64,000 nucleotides of DNA from Octopus vulgaris (GCA_951406725.2 OX597837.1:2604001-2668000), one strand, 5' to 3'; shown: positions 28,517 through 43,970, numbered from the stretch's first letter. Notes: generated from the letters alone by a model not told the origin. Program-made: numbers and translations.

Positions 28517-29116
28517 TATATGTATGGTTAGCAAGCTTTTATACTTTGCTGTACATACTTTTGTTGTGATAAACATATTTTATGTGGAATGTTTTCCACT
28601 CTCGCATGATTCGTGCGGCTTTTGGAAGCTGTTATAATACACAATACGAAACTCCACTGATAAGGTAGTGTGAATTCACACACCTTATATTCCACCGTAC
28701 TCTTATATTAATTAATAATTGACTGGCAATATAATAGGAGTCACGTAATTATATTAATTAGCTTAACGGCTGTTTCCGCTATATGGAAATTTACATCCAG
28801 AACAAAGTGTCAATGCGATGTATCATAGATTCTTCAGAGCCTTAAAATGGCGTGTTAATGAATCTGATCACGTAACTCGAGTTCTTTTATCATTCATTTA
28901 GGAATTAATATTGCATATTGTATTTCTCTTCTAAATAAAAGCAAACATGATCAAGTCCCTCATCAGCATCGATAAATTATCATCACAATTTCAACACCTG
29001 ACATTTTCATATTTCTATCTATTTATCTATCTATCTATCTATCTATTTATCTATCTATCTTTCAATCTATCTATCAATCTATCTATCTGTCTGTCTATCT
29101 ATATATCTATCTATCC

Positions 29117-29215
<99 letters not shown>

Positions 29216-29317
29216 CATCTATCTGTCCATCAATCCATCCATCTATCAATCAATTTATTTATTTGTCTATCTATTTACCTCTCTACCTGTCAACCTGTCA
29301 ATTTTTCACTATCTTTT

Positions 29318-29395
<78 letters not shown>

Positions 29396-30023
29396 AATGT
29401 GTGTGTTTGTGTAGTGTGTGTAAATATACACATATACATACACGCGCACATACGCACACACATTTATGCGTAAATATGTCTGTGCGTGTATATAGAGAGG
29501 TGAGGGAAAGAGATGTACATACATATATACACGCATACATACACACATACATACATACATGCATACAAACATACATACATGCATGCATACACCCATACAT
29601 ACATACACACATACATACATATACACATACATACAGCCATACATACACACATACACACATGCATACCTACATACACACATATATACACACATACATTCAC
29701 CCATGCATACATGCACGCATACATACACATACATACGTACATACATACATACATACACACACACATACATACATACATACATACATGCATACATACATAC
29801 ACACATGCATACACCCATACATACACACATACATACATACACACATACATACACACATGCATACACCCATGCATACACACATACAAACATACATACATAC
29901 ATACATACACACATACATACATACATACATACACCCATGCGTACATACACACATACATGCACATACACACATACATACATATATACATACACATACATAC
30001 GTACATACATACATACACACATG

Positions 30024-30370
30024 TGGAGGCGCAATGACCCAGTGGTTAGGGCAGCGGACTCGCGGTCATAGGATCGCGGTTTCGATTCCCAGACCAGGCG
30101 TTGTGAGTATTTATTGAGCAAAAACACCTAAAGCTCCACGAGGCTCCGGCACAACTTTCTCTCACTCTTACTTCCTGTTTCTGTTGTACCTGTATTTCAA
30201 AGGGCCGGCCTTGTCATTCTCTGTGTCACGCTGAATATCCCCGAGAACTACGTTAAGGGTTCACGTGTCTGTGGAGTGCTCAGTCCCTTACACATTAATT
30301 TCACGAGCAGGCTGTTCCGTTGATTCTGATCAACCGGAACCCTCATCGTCGTAACCGACGGAGTGCTTCC
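30024..30370 (+). mobile_element. tRNA-derived SINE family C, near full length
   Basis: Head GGAGGCGCAATGACCCAGTGGTTAGGGCAGCGGACTCGCGGTC..GGTTTCGATTCCC (A and B boxes) and tail ..CGTCGTAACCGACGGAGTG. Confidence 0.8.
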
Positions 30371-30567
30371 CCTACATACACACATACATACATACACACA
30401 TACATACATACACACATGCAAACATACATACATACACACATACATACATGCATACATGCATACATACATACATACGCACATACACACACACATACATATA
30501 TACATACACACATATACACATACATACATGCATACATACATACATACACACATACATACATACACAC

Positions 30568-30598
<31 letters not shown>

Positions 30599-30773
30599 CA
30601 TACATACATGCATACATACATACATACACACATACATACACACATGCATACATACATACATACATACATACATGCATACATACATACATACACACATACA
30701 TACACACATACATACACACATACATACATACATACATACATACACACACATACATACATACATACATACATAC

Positions 30774-30804
<31 letters not shown>

Positions 30805-31629
30805 TATACATACATACATACATACATACATACACACATATACATACATACATACACACATATACATACATACACACACACATACATACATATATACATA
30901 CATACATACATACATACATACACACACTCAAACACGTAAACCTTCATCCTAAGAGTACATTGCGTGTGTAACACCAGATAACAGAAAAAAAATGAAAAAA
31001 CATTATTGAAACGTCGAGTTGTTAAGATGAATGAATGAAATATCACAAGAGAATAATAACTCACTGAATATAGTTTTAATTGCAGCAAAGAAAAAAATAT
31101 ATAAACCAAAGAGATAAATTTATATATGTGTTTGTTTATCATCGAGGTATTTTGTATTATTTTTGTATTGTATTTGTATTGTTTGTATATTTTGTATTGC
31201 ATTTGTATTGTTTGTATATATTTGTAGGATGAACTGAGATTTGCTGAAATTTCTAAAGTAAAAGGAAAAAATTAAATATATTGTGAAATATTGTTTGTTC
31301 GGGTTTTTATTTTTTAGTTTTTTTTGTGGGGTGGGGGGCTCTTGTTTATTTGTGTTTTGAATTTTTTTTTTTTTTTTTGGCTCTCTTCAATTTAATTTTA
31401 CTCTTTTTGGTTTCTGTGGTTTTTGTGAGGTGAGGAACTTTTGTCAAATTTGATATCGGGTGAAAAAAAAACAGAAAGGCAACAATAATAACAAAGTGCT
31501 AAATAACAACAACAACAACAACTGTAGCAAAAATAAACACGATGCTAACAACAGAGAACAACAACGACGACAATAACAACAACAAGGATACAAACAAGAA
31601 CAGCAACAACGACACTAACAACAATAATA

Positions 31630-32040
31630 GTGATTTCAAATTTCGGCACAGGGCCAGCAATTTCAGGGGGGTAGGGGAGGGGTGCAGTCGATTACATCAA
31701 ACTCCTGTGTTCAAATGATAATTAATTTTATCGATTCCGAAAGGATGAAAAGAAAAACCGACTTCACCGGAGTTTGAACTCAGAACGTAAAGACGGACGA
31801 TATACCTATTTCTTTACTACCCACAAGGGGCTAAACACAGAGGGGACGAACAAGGACAGACAAACGGATTAAGTCGATTACATCGAACCCAGTGCGTAAC
31901 TGGTACTTAATTTATCGACCCCGAAAGGATGAAAGGCAAAGTCGACCTCGGCGGAATTTGAACTCACAACGTAACGCAGACGAAATACCGCTAAGCATTT
32001 CGCCCGGCGTGCCAACGTTTCTGCCAGCTCACCACCTTTA
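31630..32040 (-). mobile_element. Full-length family B SINE (31805-32040) joined to a partial second copy
   Basis: Two successive TTTATCGA..CCGAAAGGATGAAA..TTTGAACTCA blocks. Confidence 0.8.
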
Positions 32041-32208
32041 CTAACAACAACAGTAATAATAGCAGCAACAACAACAATACCAGCAGCAGCAGCGGTGATT
32101 AGGACAAGAGGAACAACACAATAATTTCAACTACAATATTAACAACAACAATAGCATCCATTGTAGCCACAATAATTACGATTGGCCCAATGGCAACAAC
32201 AGCAACAG

Positions 32209-32400
32209 TGGAGGTGCAATGATCCAGTGGTTAGGGCAGCGGACTCGCGGTCGTAAGAACACGGTTTCGATTCCCAAACCGGTCATTGTGAGTATTTATT
32301 GAGCAAAAACACCTAGCTCCACGAGGCTCCGGCGAGGAGTGGGTGGTGAACTCCACTGTACTCTCTCACAACTTTCTCTCACTCTTTCTTCCTACTTCTG
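32209..32400 (+). mobile_element. Family C SINE head
   Basis: GGAGGTGCAATGATCCAGTGGTTAGGGCAGCGGACTCGCGGTC matches the copy at 30024. Confidence 0.75.
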
Positions 32401-32674
32401 CCACAAAGCAGAGGAACCATGGTGTAACCTACTATGGTGTGGTAAACTTTCAGACCCTAGTTTAGATTGCGAATCCTCTGTACTCCAGGATGGTTCAGCT
32501 CTCCACCCGTTAAAAGTCACCGTTTACGGAATGAGGATAACAACGTAGCTTTCGCGCCCGTGCAACCGCCAGTCTATTGCGTGTGGTGGATGGATCTTCA
32601 AGTTGCCGCACGCATTCTTAGTAGCTTAGAGTAGGCTCGATTATTCTTTGTGGCTAATGGCATGAGTCCTGATT

Positions 32675-32710
<36 letters not shown>

Positions 32711-32897
32711 AGAAGAAGAAGAAGAAGAAGAAGAAGAAGAAGAAGAAGAAGAAGACAGCAACAACAACAGTGAGAGCCACACAGCAGCAATGAGAGCCAT
32801 GGGCTTGTCATTGAACCTGCTAGAAATAGCTGTGAACTCTCCTTCGAAAACACAGTCCTCTGTCTTGGAAAGAGACAATTTATTTCAACTTGTGATA

Positions 32898-33640
32898 CGA
32901 AGTGGTATCAAAAAGTTCCTGGGCTAGTTCTGTAGCGAGCCAACAGATGGCAGCACATGGTTGCGTGCGCAGTGAGAGCCAGCAGTGACTTTCATGAGGC
33001 AGTGTTCCGAAGGACATTGCAGTGTTTACTTCGCAAGTTGTGAAATATGTTTTTTCTGATCACGTGTATGCTGTAGTCAGCGATTTTTGTCATGGACAGG
33101 AAGTTGAAATAAAAAAAAACAGCATGAAATTTTGCGTTAAACTTGGGAAGTCTGTTACAGAGACATTGAAGGAATGAAGTATAGCATCCAGTGGTACAAC
33201 GGACTCTTCAAAATCGGAAGAACATCCCTGGAAGTCGATGAACAATCTAGAAGACCTGTCCTGGAAATTTGGAGAAAATTCATCAGTTTGTGCATAAGGA
33301 TCGTCGGAGGACAATTAACGAAGTTTTGTAGCATTTGAGGGATCCATTCGGCGGGAGCGACCAGATATGTGGAGTCCGAAGAATTGGGTTCTTTACGACG
33401 ACAATGCACTGTCACCGAGATCGCATCACTTGCGAGTTACTCGGCAAAACCAATGTGGTAACGCTTCTGCACTCGCCCCATTTGCCAGATTTGGCGCCTG
33501 CAGACTTCCATCTCAACCCCGAGATGACAATACAGCTCAAAGGTCGCCGCTTTAAAACACTGTTATGAAGTCCAAGAGCGAATTGCAGAAGGTCCTCGAC
33601 TCGCTTACGGAAAATGACTTCCAGGACGGATTCCAAAAGT
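32898..33640 (+). mobile_element. Degraded mariner (DD34D-type) transposon
   Basis: TA-CGAAGTGGTATCAAAAAGTTCC end. Peptides MKFCVKLGKSVTETL, WVLYDDNA and HSPHLPDLAPADFHL.P.M..QLKGRRF. Confidence 0.8.
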
Positions 33641-33641
33641 A

Positions 33642-33680
<39 letters not shown>

Positions 33681-33690
<10 letters not shown>

Positions 33691-34160
33691 TATGAATTAG
33701 AGATAAAACCCCTATTATGCAACTCAAACAGCTTTGTCGGCTTTGACACATTTTCTGCGTCCTTATTTCTCTCTGAGACATTTAGAAATTCAATATTTCT
33801 AATTTCGGTGATCAGTAAATAAATTTTACTGATAACATGATATATTTGCGAAGGGGTTGCAGTCATCTCAGCGAGCGAGACTGGCTACCCTGAACTGACG
33901 ACGAGCAATAGACTCAGAAACATATGTCTTCAGGTGCCTTGTCCCGGCTTGCGGGGGTGATTGCCTCCCCCTTTGCAAATATAAGGACACAGAAAATAGG
34001 TCAAAGCCGACAGGAGACGTAGTTGTTTCCTAGGGCTAAATGGCGGTGGTGTAATTCCCTTACGGGACTGTCACATTCAGTTAACAGTATACGACCACTA
34101 TATCGCTTCACCACCGCTTATGTCTCTCTGAGACATTTAGAAATTCAGTATTTCTAATTA
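33681..34160 (+). mobile_element. ORF-less hammerhead element with partial tandem and short inversion, in (TA)n
   Basis: Direct repeat 33762-33804 / 34117-34159 (period 355) and inverted repeat 33735-33766 / 33981-34012, with an internal hammerhead. Confidence 0.7.
33889..33934 (+). ncRNA. Type I hammerhead ribozyme motif
   Basis: cctgaa-CTGACGA-cgag caataga ctca-GAAA-catatg-TC-ttcagg: 6-bp stem I, palindromic stem III, GUC site, and one mismatch at the base of stem II. Confidence 0.75.
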
Positions 34161-34162
34161 TA

Positions 34163-34193
<31 letters not shown>

Positions 34194-34261
34194 ATACATA
34201 TATACATACATATATACATACATATATATATATATACATATATACATACATATATACATAC

Positions 34262-34316
<55 letters not shown>

Positions 34317-34512
34317 TACATATGTACATACACATTTACTTATATACACCTTTTGCTCACACACACACATACACGTGCACACATACTTATGCATCAACAT
34401 GTATGCATTGCACACTTTATGCATATAACTACACCAGCAAACAGTAATAAATCAACATACAGAGACACGCACACATATAAACACATACATACACATACAT
34501 GTACACACACTT

Positions 34513-34610
<98 letters not shown>

Positions 34611-35152
34611 AAACGCACAGACACACACACACGAAGAAAGTGTATGAAAAAGCAATTAGTGGACAGCAGACCGTGGATGGTGAGAAGTCTGAGTCATGGA
34701 ACCTTCCAGAAATATCGGTATAGGACTGGGTTGTGGGCGTGTGGGTATTAATTTTGGGTGAAGACATTCAGTGATGGTGATGGCGGTGCAGGTATTGATG
34801 GTATGGTTGCAGTGAAGTGTCGAGGGTAATGGTGTAGTAGTAGTAGTAGTAGTGGCATTGGTGGTGGTGGTGGTGGTGGTGGTGGTGGTGGTGATGGTAG
34901 CAGTGGTGGTGGTGGTGGATGGTGGTGGTGGTGTCGGATGGTTATTGAGTGCGGGTGAACGTCATCGTTATGGTGATGGTGGTTTGGTTATTGTGAAAAT
35001 TCCTGAAGGAGCCAGGATCGAAATTGAATGACACGAGTTGATGAGCATGGCCATGATGATGATGATGATGATGCTGATGATCTTGGTGGTGGTTGTGACG
35101 AAGACGATGACGAAGACGATGATGATGATCATGATCATGATCATGATGACGG

Positions 35153-35211
<59 letters not shown>

Positions 35212-36492
35212 GTGGTGGTCACGATGATCATGACAATGATTATGAAGATGAAGATGATGGCGATGAAAATGGTAATCGTGATTGTGGTGGTGGTGGTGGT
35301 GGTGGTGGTTTATGTGACGATGGTGATGAAGGTGGTAGTGGTGGTGATGATATTATAATGATGATGATGGTGACGATGGTGAAGATGATGGTCGTGGTGG
35401 TGGTAGTGGTGGTGGTGGTTGTGACGATGATGATAATGGAGATGACGGTGATCAAGATGAGGAGGAGAAGGAGGAGGATGTTAATATTGATGATGGTGAT
35501 GATGATGACGATGATGATGAACAGGAGGCGGAGGAAGAATAGGAGGAGGAAATGTGGGAAGTTGAAAATGGTGGGAGGGAGTAAGACAATTGGGAGAAGA
35601 AGGATACAGACAGGCAGACAGGCAGGCAAGCAGGCAGACAGACAAGCAGACAGAGAGTTTGAGAGAGAGAGAGAGGAAGAGATGGGGAGAGGGAACGAAT
35701 ATTGAAATTTTCACCAAAGTTGATTAAATTCGAAGTCACAAAAGTTGATGAAGCGATGAAACTGGCAATTGACTGCTTGGAGTGATGGAAAGAGTAACAG
35801 AGTGGAATTGTGGAGACGGTAATTTGTATGGTGTTGATGGTGGTATGTTTGGGTGGAATTGGAAAGTAGGGTGGTGTATGTGATGGTGACTTTGGTGGTG
35901 ATTATTATGATGACAGGTGTGTTCGAAGACATTTCATCTTTTAGCACCTCCTTTATTTCGATAGAAGAGGTTTCTTATGTTAGCAATGCTTTGCTGTCTT
36001 GGCAGAATATCTTTTTTTTTAAAATCCGTTGCTTTGTGGGCAAAAATGTCTTTTTCTGTTAGAACCTCCTTTTTCTTCTTAGCAGACCTTTACTGTGTTA
36101 AAATAATTTTTTTTGTTAATAGATATTTGTTTTATTGAGATAAAACGTTTGTGTTGGTAAGCTCTTAACCTTTTAGAAACACTTTTATGTTTCCATTATA
36201 CTATTCTTGAGTTGATAGAACTTTTCTGTCATAGAACTTTTTGTATTGAATGACATTTGCTCTGTTGGTACCTACAATATTTTGGTAGAAATATTTTGCA
36301 ATGTTAGCAAATCTTCGTTTAGTCGGGACGTTTGGCGTAGGAGGGTTACATTGGTCCAGGCAAGTCGCCCGACCTGGATAAATGCATGAATGAAGAATTA
36401 ATTACAACAAAATTCTGTGTAAAAGAAATAAGTTGGAAACGGTAAATCTAGAATATACCACCACACAGTATTACCAATATATTTCTTTGCCT

Positions 36493-36690
36493 AAGGCGGC
36501 GAGCTGGCAGGATCGTTAGAATGTCTCACAAAATGCTCAGCAGTATTTCGTCCGGTTTGACTTCAAATTTCAAATTTACCATCCCTTCGAGGGCGATAAA
36601 ATAAGTACCAGTCAAGTACAGGAGTTTGATATAATCCCCTTTCCCCTCCCCTCAAAAACTGCTGGCTCTGTGCCAAAATTTGAAACCGAT
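36493..36690 (+). mobile_element. Family B SINE (diverged)
   Basis: AAGGCGGCGAGCTGGCAGGATCGTTAG head and GATAAAATAAGTACCAGT core. Confidence 0.65.
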
Positions 36691-37609
36691 ATGTTTCTTT
36701 GACCTAACATTATGATGCTACGTCACCGAGGATGCAGCTTACCAATCTGAAAAGAAATAGCAGTCAAATTCCTTCATATCTCACCCGACCATTAAACAGA
36801 ATAACGCTTTAGTTGATATGGACCTACTTAGTGTTAGTAACCAAATTATGAATGGGGTCTTGAGTTCGATCTAACTGCGTAGCATCTTGAGCAAATGTCA
36901 TTTTTTTATAGCCTCGAGTTGACTTATTCCTTATGAATGACAGTAATTCTAAAGATGCAGCCTTGTAACTTACTGTGTCAAAATTAATGCTGAGAAGAGT
37001 TTATGGATACCTGCGGAATACTCAGCCGCTTATATGTTGTTAATTTAAGGAGCAGATAATTCAGTTGATCAGACAACTTAATCCTCATTGTCGAGCGACG
37101 GAGACTCTTCACTCGAGTTACAGTCAAGAACATAGAGTGGTCAGGGCTGGAACGCTCTTGGTCATAGATCGGCTTGATCAGGGATAACCTACGGCCACAC
37201 GACAACAACAACAGTAACAACACACGACAACAGTAACAACAGCAACAACAACAACAACAACAGCGGCAGCAATAACAACAACAGCAACAACATGAACGAG
37301 CCAGTAATGAAGCCTCTACATACCTTCTGCTCGAAATAACAGGTGAATCGGCCTCAAGACGCACCTTGCTATCTCATAGAAAGGGACGCGACGGGAAATG
37401 TGGTCCTGCATAGACTGTTTCGTAGATCAAGGCGGGATGGTCACGATTGCATTGTCTTTGGTCGAAAGCTTGTTCGATCAGGTAGACGACTACAGAAACA
37501 ATAACTACAACACCAACCACAACAACTCTAACTGAAACCACCACCGTCACCTCATACAACTATAACTACCACAACAATAACCACCATCACTAACACCACC
37601 ACTACAACT

Positions 37610-38160
37610 GGTACTCCGTCGGTTACGACGACGTGTATTCCAGCTGATTCGATCAACGAGACAGCCTACTCGTGAAATCAATGTACAAGTGGCTGAGTAC
37701 TCCACAGAAACATCTCGGGGAGATTCAGCGCGACACAGAAATAGAAGTGCTCCTCATTTTTGTCATTTTTGTCTTAAAAACCATCAAGGAGAACAAATAT
37801 ATATGGGCTGGCCACATCATGCGACTGAAGGACAACAGATGGACAATCAGGGCGATGGAATGAACACCAAGACCAGGGACAAGATGAAAACGCCGACAAA
37901 GACAAGATGGCGAGATGAAGTCACCCGCTACCTGAGCTCTACATGGCCCTGACGAGCCAGAGACAGACAACGGCGGAAGATTCCATGGAGGGGGTCCTCC
38001 TTCAGGCTCGATGAAGGCCCTTGGTTGGGTTGAGTTGCGTGGACTGGAGCAACGTGAAATAAAGTGTTTTGCTCAAGGACAGAACGCGCAGCCAGGTATC
38101 GAACTCACGACCTACCGATCGTGTACCTCTTACCTCTTGCCACTTAGCCACAAGCCTTCA
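37610..38160 (-). mobile_element. Family C SINE interrupted by an RTE fragment
   Basis: Tail at 37610-37740 and head at 38040-38160 match 2846-3160. Confidence 0.65.
37775..38030 (+). pseudogene. RTE-clade LINE 3' fragment
   Basis: KYIWAGHIMRLKDNRWTIRAME*TPRPG..KTRWRDEV..ARDR matches the typical RTE ORF C-terminus. Confidence 0.75.
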
Positions 38161-38676
38161 CTACCACCACCACCACAGCAACAACAACAACAATTGCTCA
38201 CAGAAAGACGTGTGGAGATAATAATGAATTTGAACGTTGTTTGATGGAAGACCTTGGAGACTGTTCCTTTGGGATAGAAGATGAGGACGAGAGGTGGAAT
38301 AAGAGGAGGAGGAGGAGGAGGAGGAGAGGGCGGTGAAGGAGAATGAGGAAGAGGGGATGAGGAAGGGGGACGACTACGACAACGATGACGGCAACGAGGG
38401 GAAAACGAGAAGGGAAGAGCAAGAGGTGATAGAGCAAGAAGCGGGTGGTGGTGGTGCAGGAGGAGGAGGAGGAGAGGAGACGAGGAGGGAGATAGGAAGG
38501 AGGAGGAGGAGGAAGAAGAAGAAGAGGAGGAGGAGGAAAATAAAGTGACTATAAAATGAAGGGTAACTGCGATGTTAGTGTTTGGAGCGAGAGCGAGAGA
38601 CAGAGAGTGACAGAGAGAGAGAGCGAGAGGAGACACTCATAACCGCACACACACGCACACATACACACATACACAC

Positions 38677-38712
<36 letters not shown>

Positions 38713-38995
38713 GCATAAGGAGGGAGGCAGATCGATGAGTAAGAGCCAAAAAAAATACTAAACAAACCAACAAAATTAAATAAAGAAAACAAAACGAAAA
38801 GAAAATAAAGAAGTGAGGTGGGAGGAGAGAAAATTGCAATTGTCAATTCCCTTAAATGAAGTGTGTGGCCCCTTCACTGGTGGTGTCCCCTAAAACACGT
38901 TGGCGGTAAACTGATTAACGTTGGACGGCGATGGTCCCTTTACAAATTTAAAGGTGCTATCTTGCCGCAATGACTCCACAGAGAGATCAGCATGC

Positions 38996-39057
<62 letters not shown>

Positions 39058-39075
39058 TGTGTGTATCTATCTATC

Positions 39076-39107
<32 letters not shown>

Positions 39108-39583
39108 TATGTTTGCATATATACATGTGTGTGTACGTTTGTGTGTGTGTATATGTATATATGCGTATATACATTTATGAGTACATACATATATACTGAT
39201 ATACTTATATATGCATTTATACACACGACACATGCACACACATACACACACAGATATATACATACATACATACATACATGCATACACACGTACATACATA
39301 CATATATATGTATGCATACCTATATGTATGTGTATGTATATGGTTTATGTACTGCCCATGCATACTAATAAGAGAACTCTGTGTGTAGGGAGTATATATT
39401 CACACATATATGAATAGATCTAATATGTGTGTGCCCGCGCGAGTGTGTGCTCGCGCGAGCGTGTATATATATATGCATGTATATATGTATGCATGTATGT
39501 ATAAATATACATATATATATATATATATACATTAATATATACATATATACATAAATGCAATATATACATATACAGAGGTATAA

Positions 39584-39626
<43 letters not shown>

Positions 39627-39812
39627 CGTATATTCATATACATATGTATAAACATATATACATGCATACATTCTTGAACATATACATACGTGTGCATATC
39701 TCGCTTGTATATATGCATAAATGTACGGATATATGTGTGGATATATGTAAGTCTATATATACATATAAATATATATATGTATATATATATGTATGTATAT
39801 ATTTATATATGT

Positions 39813-39848
<36 letters not shown>

Positions 39849-40736
39849 ATTATTAGATGACAAAGCAAGAGGAATACAGGAATGTACATGCATGTATGTA
39901 TATATATATATATATATATGCATAAATATATAAATACATATATATATATGTGTGTGTGTGTATAGTAATTATCAGATGACAAAGCGATATGTATATATAT
40001 ATATGTATGTGTATATATATATATGTATGTATATATATATATACATATATATATATATAATATATACACACACTCACATTTACATATATATATATGTAGA
40101 TACACACACACACACACACACGCACACACACATATCTACTTGTATATTCTACAGAAGTAGACGCCATTTCGCAGCTAATTGTTGCTTCTTTTTACCTTCT
40201 AAACCAGTAAACATGTCCTTTTTCTTCCAATAACAAACCCTAATGTAATGCGGTGGAAGGGAGTGGGGCTTAGTGGTGACGGCGGCACCGGTGCTGTGGT
40301 TGGGATGGGAAAACAAAACTATTTGGAAATTGCCATTGCTGTGGCTGTTATCATCATCATCATCATTATTGTTATTATTGTTATTATTACTATTATTGTT
40401 GTTGATGTTATTGTCATTATTATTATTATTGTTGTTGATGTTCTTCTCCTCCTCCTCCTTCTTCTTCCTCTCCTTCTTCTTCCTCTCCTTCTTCTTCTTC
40501 CACTTCTTCTTCCTCTCCTTCTTCTTCCACTTCTTCTTCCTCCTGTGGTACTGTTTTCGTGTTTCGCTTCGCAACAAAGAATTTTGATCAAATTTTCCCT
40601 CCTCATCTCTCATTGGCGATGCACGTTGAATCATAGGTCAGTCAGCGCGGGGTAGGCAAAAACGTGCACATGCGCATGAGTATATACGTTTCTCACTTAT
40701 GTTTATGCATCCGTGTGCATGTACCTGTAAGTCTGT

Positions 40737-40814
<78 letters not shown>

Positions 40815-41068
40815 ATGTGTGCATTCGTTTCCCCTAACTAGGGGAGTCGTTCGTTAATGAATGCAAACAGTTCAGCATTAGACTGGTCCACGGATAACCT
40901 GATTGTTTGGTGAACTTAAATAAACATACACTCGAGAAATACTCCAGATATGTTAATGATAGAGTACCGCTCTAGATTAGATTAGATCTGTATGCTGAGG
41001 GATAGAGAGAGACAGAGAGCGAGAGAGATTTAGAGAGATTAATGGATATACATATATATATACATATA

Positions 41069-41162
<94 letters not shown>

Positions 41163-41325
41163 GTATACATATAAATGTATATATGTGTATATATATGCAT
41201 ATATATATATATTTGTATGCATACATAGATATAAACATATATATGCATATATAGACAGATAGATGTAATAATAGACTGATATATAAATGTATGTTTATAT
41301 ATACATATGAATACACCATGAGATG

Positions 41326-41435
<110 letters not shown>

Positions 41436-41711
41436 CAGACTGATAGATATATTTTTCCATATTATTTATGCTACAAAGACATAGATGCCAACTGAAAGAG
41501 GAGAGCTCGTCAAAAGGCAATATTCTTAGACTAAGCTGTTTTCTTGAAGTTTCCTTTCTCTCTAAATGAAAATAGGAATTAACTTGGAATACAGAAAAGT
41601 AGCTTAGAATTGCAGAGAATATCGAAGAGAATGGAATTTTTAGATAAGTTTTAAATTTTTAAAAATAGAAACAAGTTTTTAAAGTAAGATTGAGATAAAA
41701 ATATGCATGTG

Positions 41712-41758
<47 letters not shown>

Positions 41759-41982
41759 TACAGAAATATGTATGAGTATATGGTGTGTGCATGTGTGTGT
41801 ATGCGTGTATAAATGTACTGTATGTATATATATTTATTAATATGTTTTATATATATATCTTTGCCAATATGTGTGTGAGTGTAAGTGTATATATATATAT
41901 ATATATATACGTATGTATGTATATATATATATATATACATACGTATATATATATACGTATATATACCTCTATATATATGACA

Positions 41983-42013
<31 letters not shown>

Positions 42014-42206
42014 CGTATATATATATGTATACGTATATATACCTCTATATATATGACCATATATATATATATATATACGTATAGATACATGTGAGTGTGG
42101 GGTGTACAGGGAAAGAAAGAGGGGATGAAAAGAGTTATAAGTCGTTATGCAACAATATTGTAAAATAACTTGATTTCAATTGTAATATCCATTCAAATAT
42201 ACTTTA

Positions 42207-42271
<65 letters not shown>

Positions 42272-43769
42272 ATAAATGCGGAAATAAACTTTATATACAC
42301 ATATTTTATATCGGAAATCTGTGTCTTTTATTCTACAAAATATTACAGAATAGTGTGCAGCCTGCTAAGCAAAAAAGAAATTTGCTTCAATATCTAATTC
42401 CATTGCGAAAACAATGGCGGAAAGAGTTCTGAATTGGATCCTCTGCTATCGAGTAGAAAGAATTGATATGTTTTGTAGGAAGGGGGAGAATACAAGTTGG
42501 ATATATGTGTGTGTGTATGTATGTGAGAGAGAGAAAGAGAAGGGGAGGGCGAGAGAGAGCCTCGTTTTAGTGCTCAGTGATCAGGATGACGAATTTATCT
42601 CTCTCTCTCTCTCTCTCTTCTTTGCTAGTTTTAGGCATTGGACTGCAGCTATACTGTAGCACCACCTTGAAGGTTTTAATCGATCGAATCGACCGCTGCA
42701 ATATTGTTCTTTGCTTGAGTTCGGTGCTTGCTTTTTATTTTGGGGTTTTTTCGGGGACGTAAGCAAACCAATCACGGATGTTAAGCGGATGCAGGGGTGA
42801 CAAAGACAAACACAGACACAAGCTCACGTATGATACATATATATCTATAATACATCAAAAGTCAGAATGAATATTGCTTGTTTGCTTGCAATGTTACTCA
42901 GCCAAACTGGCACATAATGGGAAAATACTATGATTTAAGTTACCCCTGAAATGTAAATACCAACAGAATGAAACAAATTTCGCGTAAATCGGATAAGTGG
43001 GTGAGAAGATATTAAACGTTTTCAGGGTATTAATACCCAAAACGGTGCATAATGGGAAAAGTCTCCGAAATTATCTTAATCCTGAAAAGGAAGTAACTCT
43101 TACCTGTCTATTAAATAGTGAACTGACAACGAAAAAATACGATTTGCTTTTTTACAGTAAATAATCATTTAGAAATATTTTTAAGTGAATGTGATTTCAA
43201 AAATGTAAGTTGTTTGTACAGTAAGTATTTATATTTTAGCTTTCTTTAAACAGACAATATTTTAATATTTTTTTCTAATTATTTTCAAGTGAATACCATT
43301 ACAAAAATTTTCTAGGCATAAATATTTCGTAAAAGACCCGTTCGTAACCTCGGTGTAAAATAATTTTTTTTTCCATAGGTTTTTTTCGAGTTCATTCAAC
43401 GTATCTCACTTCAAAGACTTGACTGTTTTTTCTAGCATGCCATGCTACCACTAAACTGCTATTTGAGATAAAGGACCCGAAATAACTGTTACGTGGTAGC
43501 AGGGCGTGCAAGAAATAGCAGCCAAATCTTTCCTTTTCTGGGAAAGAAGCTGCTTACGCATGATTTCGATGACACATTCGTTGAACGTTTGCAAAATAAC
43601 CAGGAAAAGAAAAAAAACACGAAACAAAACTCCGCGCGCGCATGGATTATACTTACGTGTACACAAATGGTTGCGCACTCACACGTGAATCAGGTCACTG
43701 CTGGCGCCCTTGCCACATTTGCTTCAAACTTCTTCCTTCCGGTTAATTCAACAGTTATTCTAGACGTTT

Positions 43770-43970
43770 TGGGGTGTTTCTTTTCTGTCTCTATTTTCTT
43801 GTCCTCTCTCCGTCTGTTTTTTTGTAATCATTCCTTTCTGTAGGAGAGCGTAGGCTCGAAACGTCAAGGACTTCTTTCATTCTTCCTGAGCGTCAACCTA
43901 ATAAACCTTGTTTGTTGTTTCCTCACCTTCTGCTGTCTTCTGTCTTTCGTTTTCTTGTACAGTTTTGAAC
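43770..43970 (+). mobile_element. Diverged short minimal-hammerhead repeat
   Basis: tcctt-tCTGTAGGA-gagc gtag gctc-GAAA-cg-TC-aagga at 43832-43870, with an altered core. Downstream TTCCTGAGCGTC..AATA matches the 16255 family. Confidence 0.5.

Noticed and set aside
30024-30095. tRNA-like sequences at SINE heads
   Set aside because: A and B boxes are present, but they continue into SINE bodies and do not form a full cloverleaf, so they are not tRNA genes.
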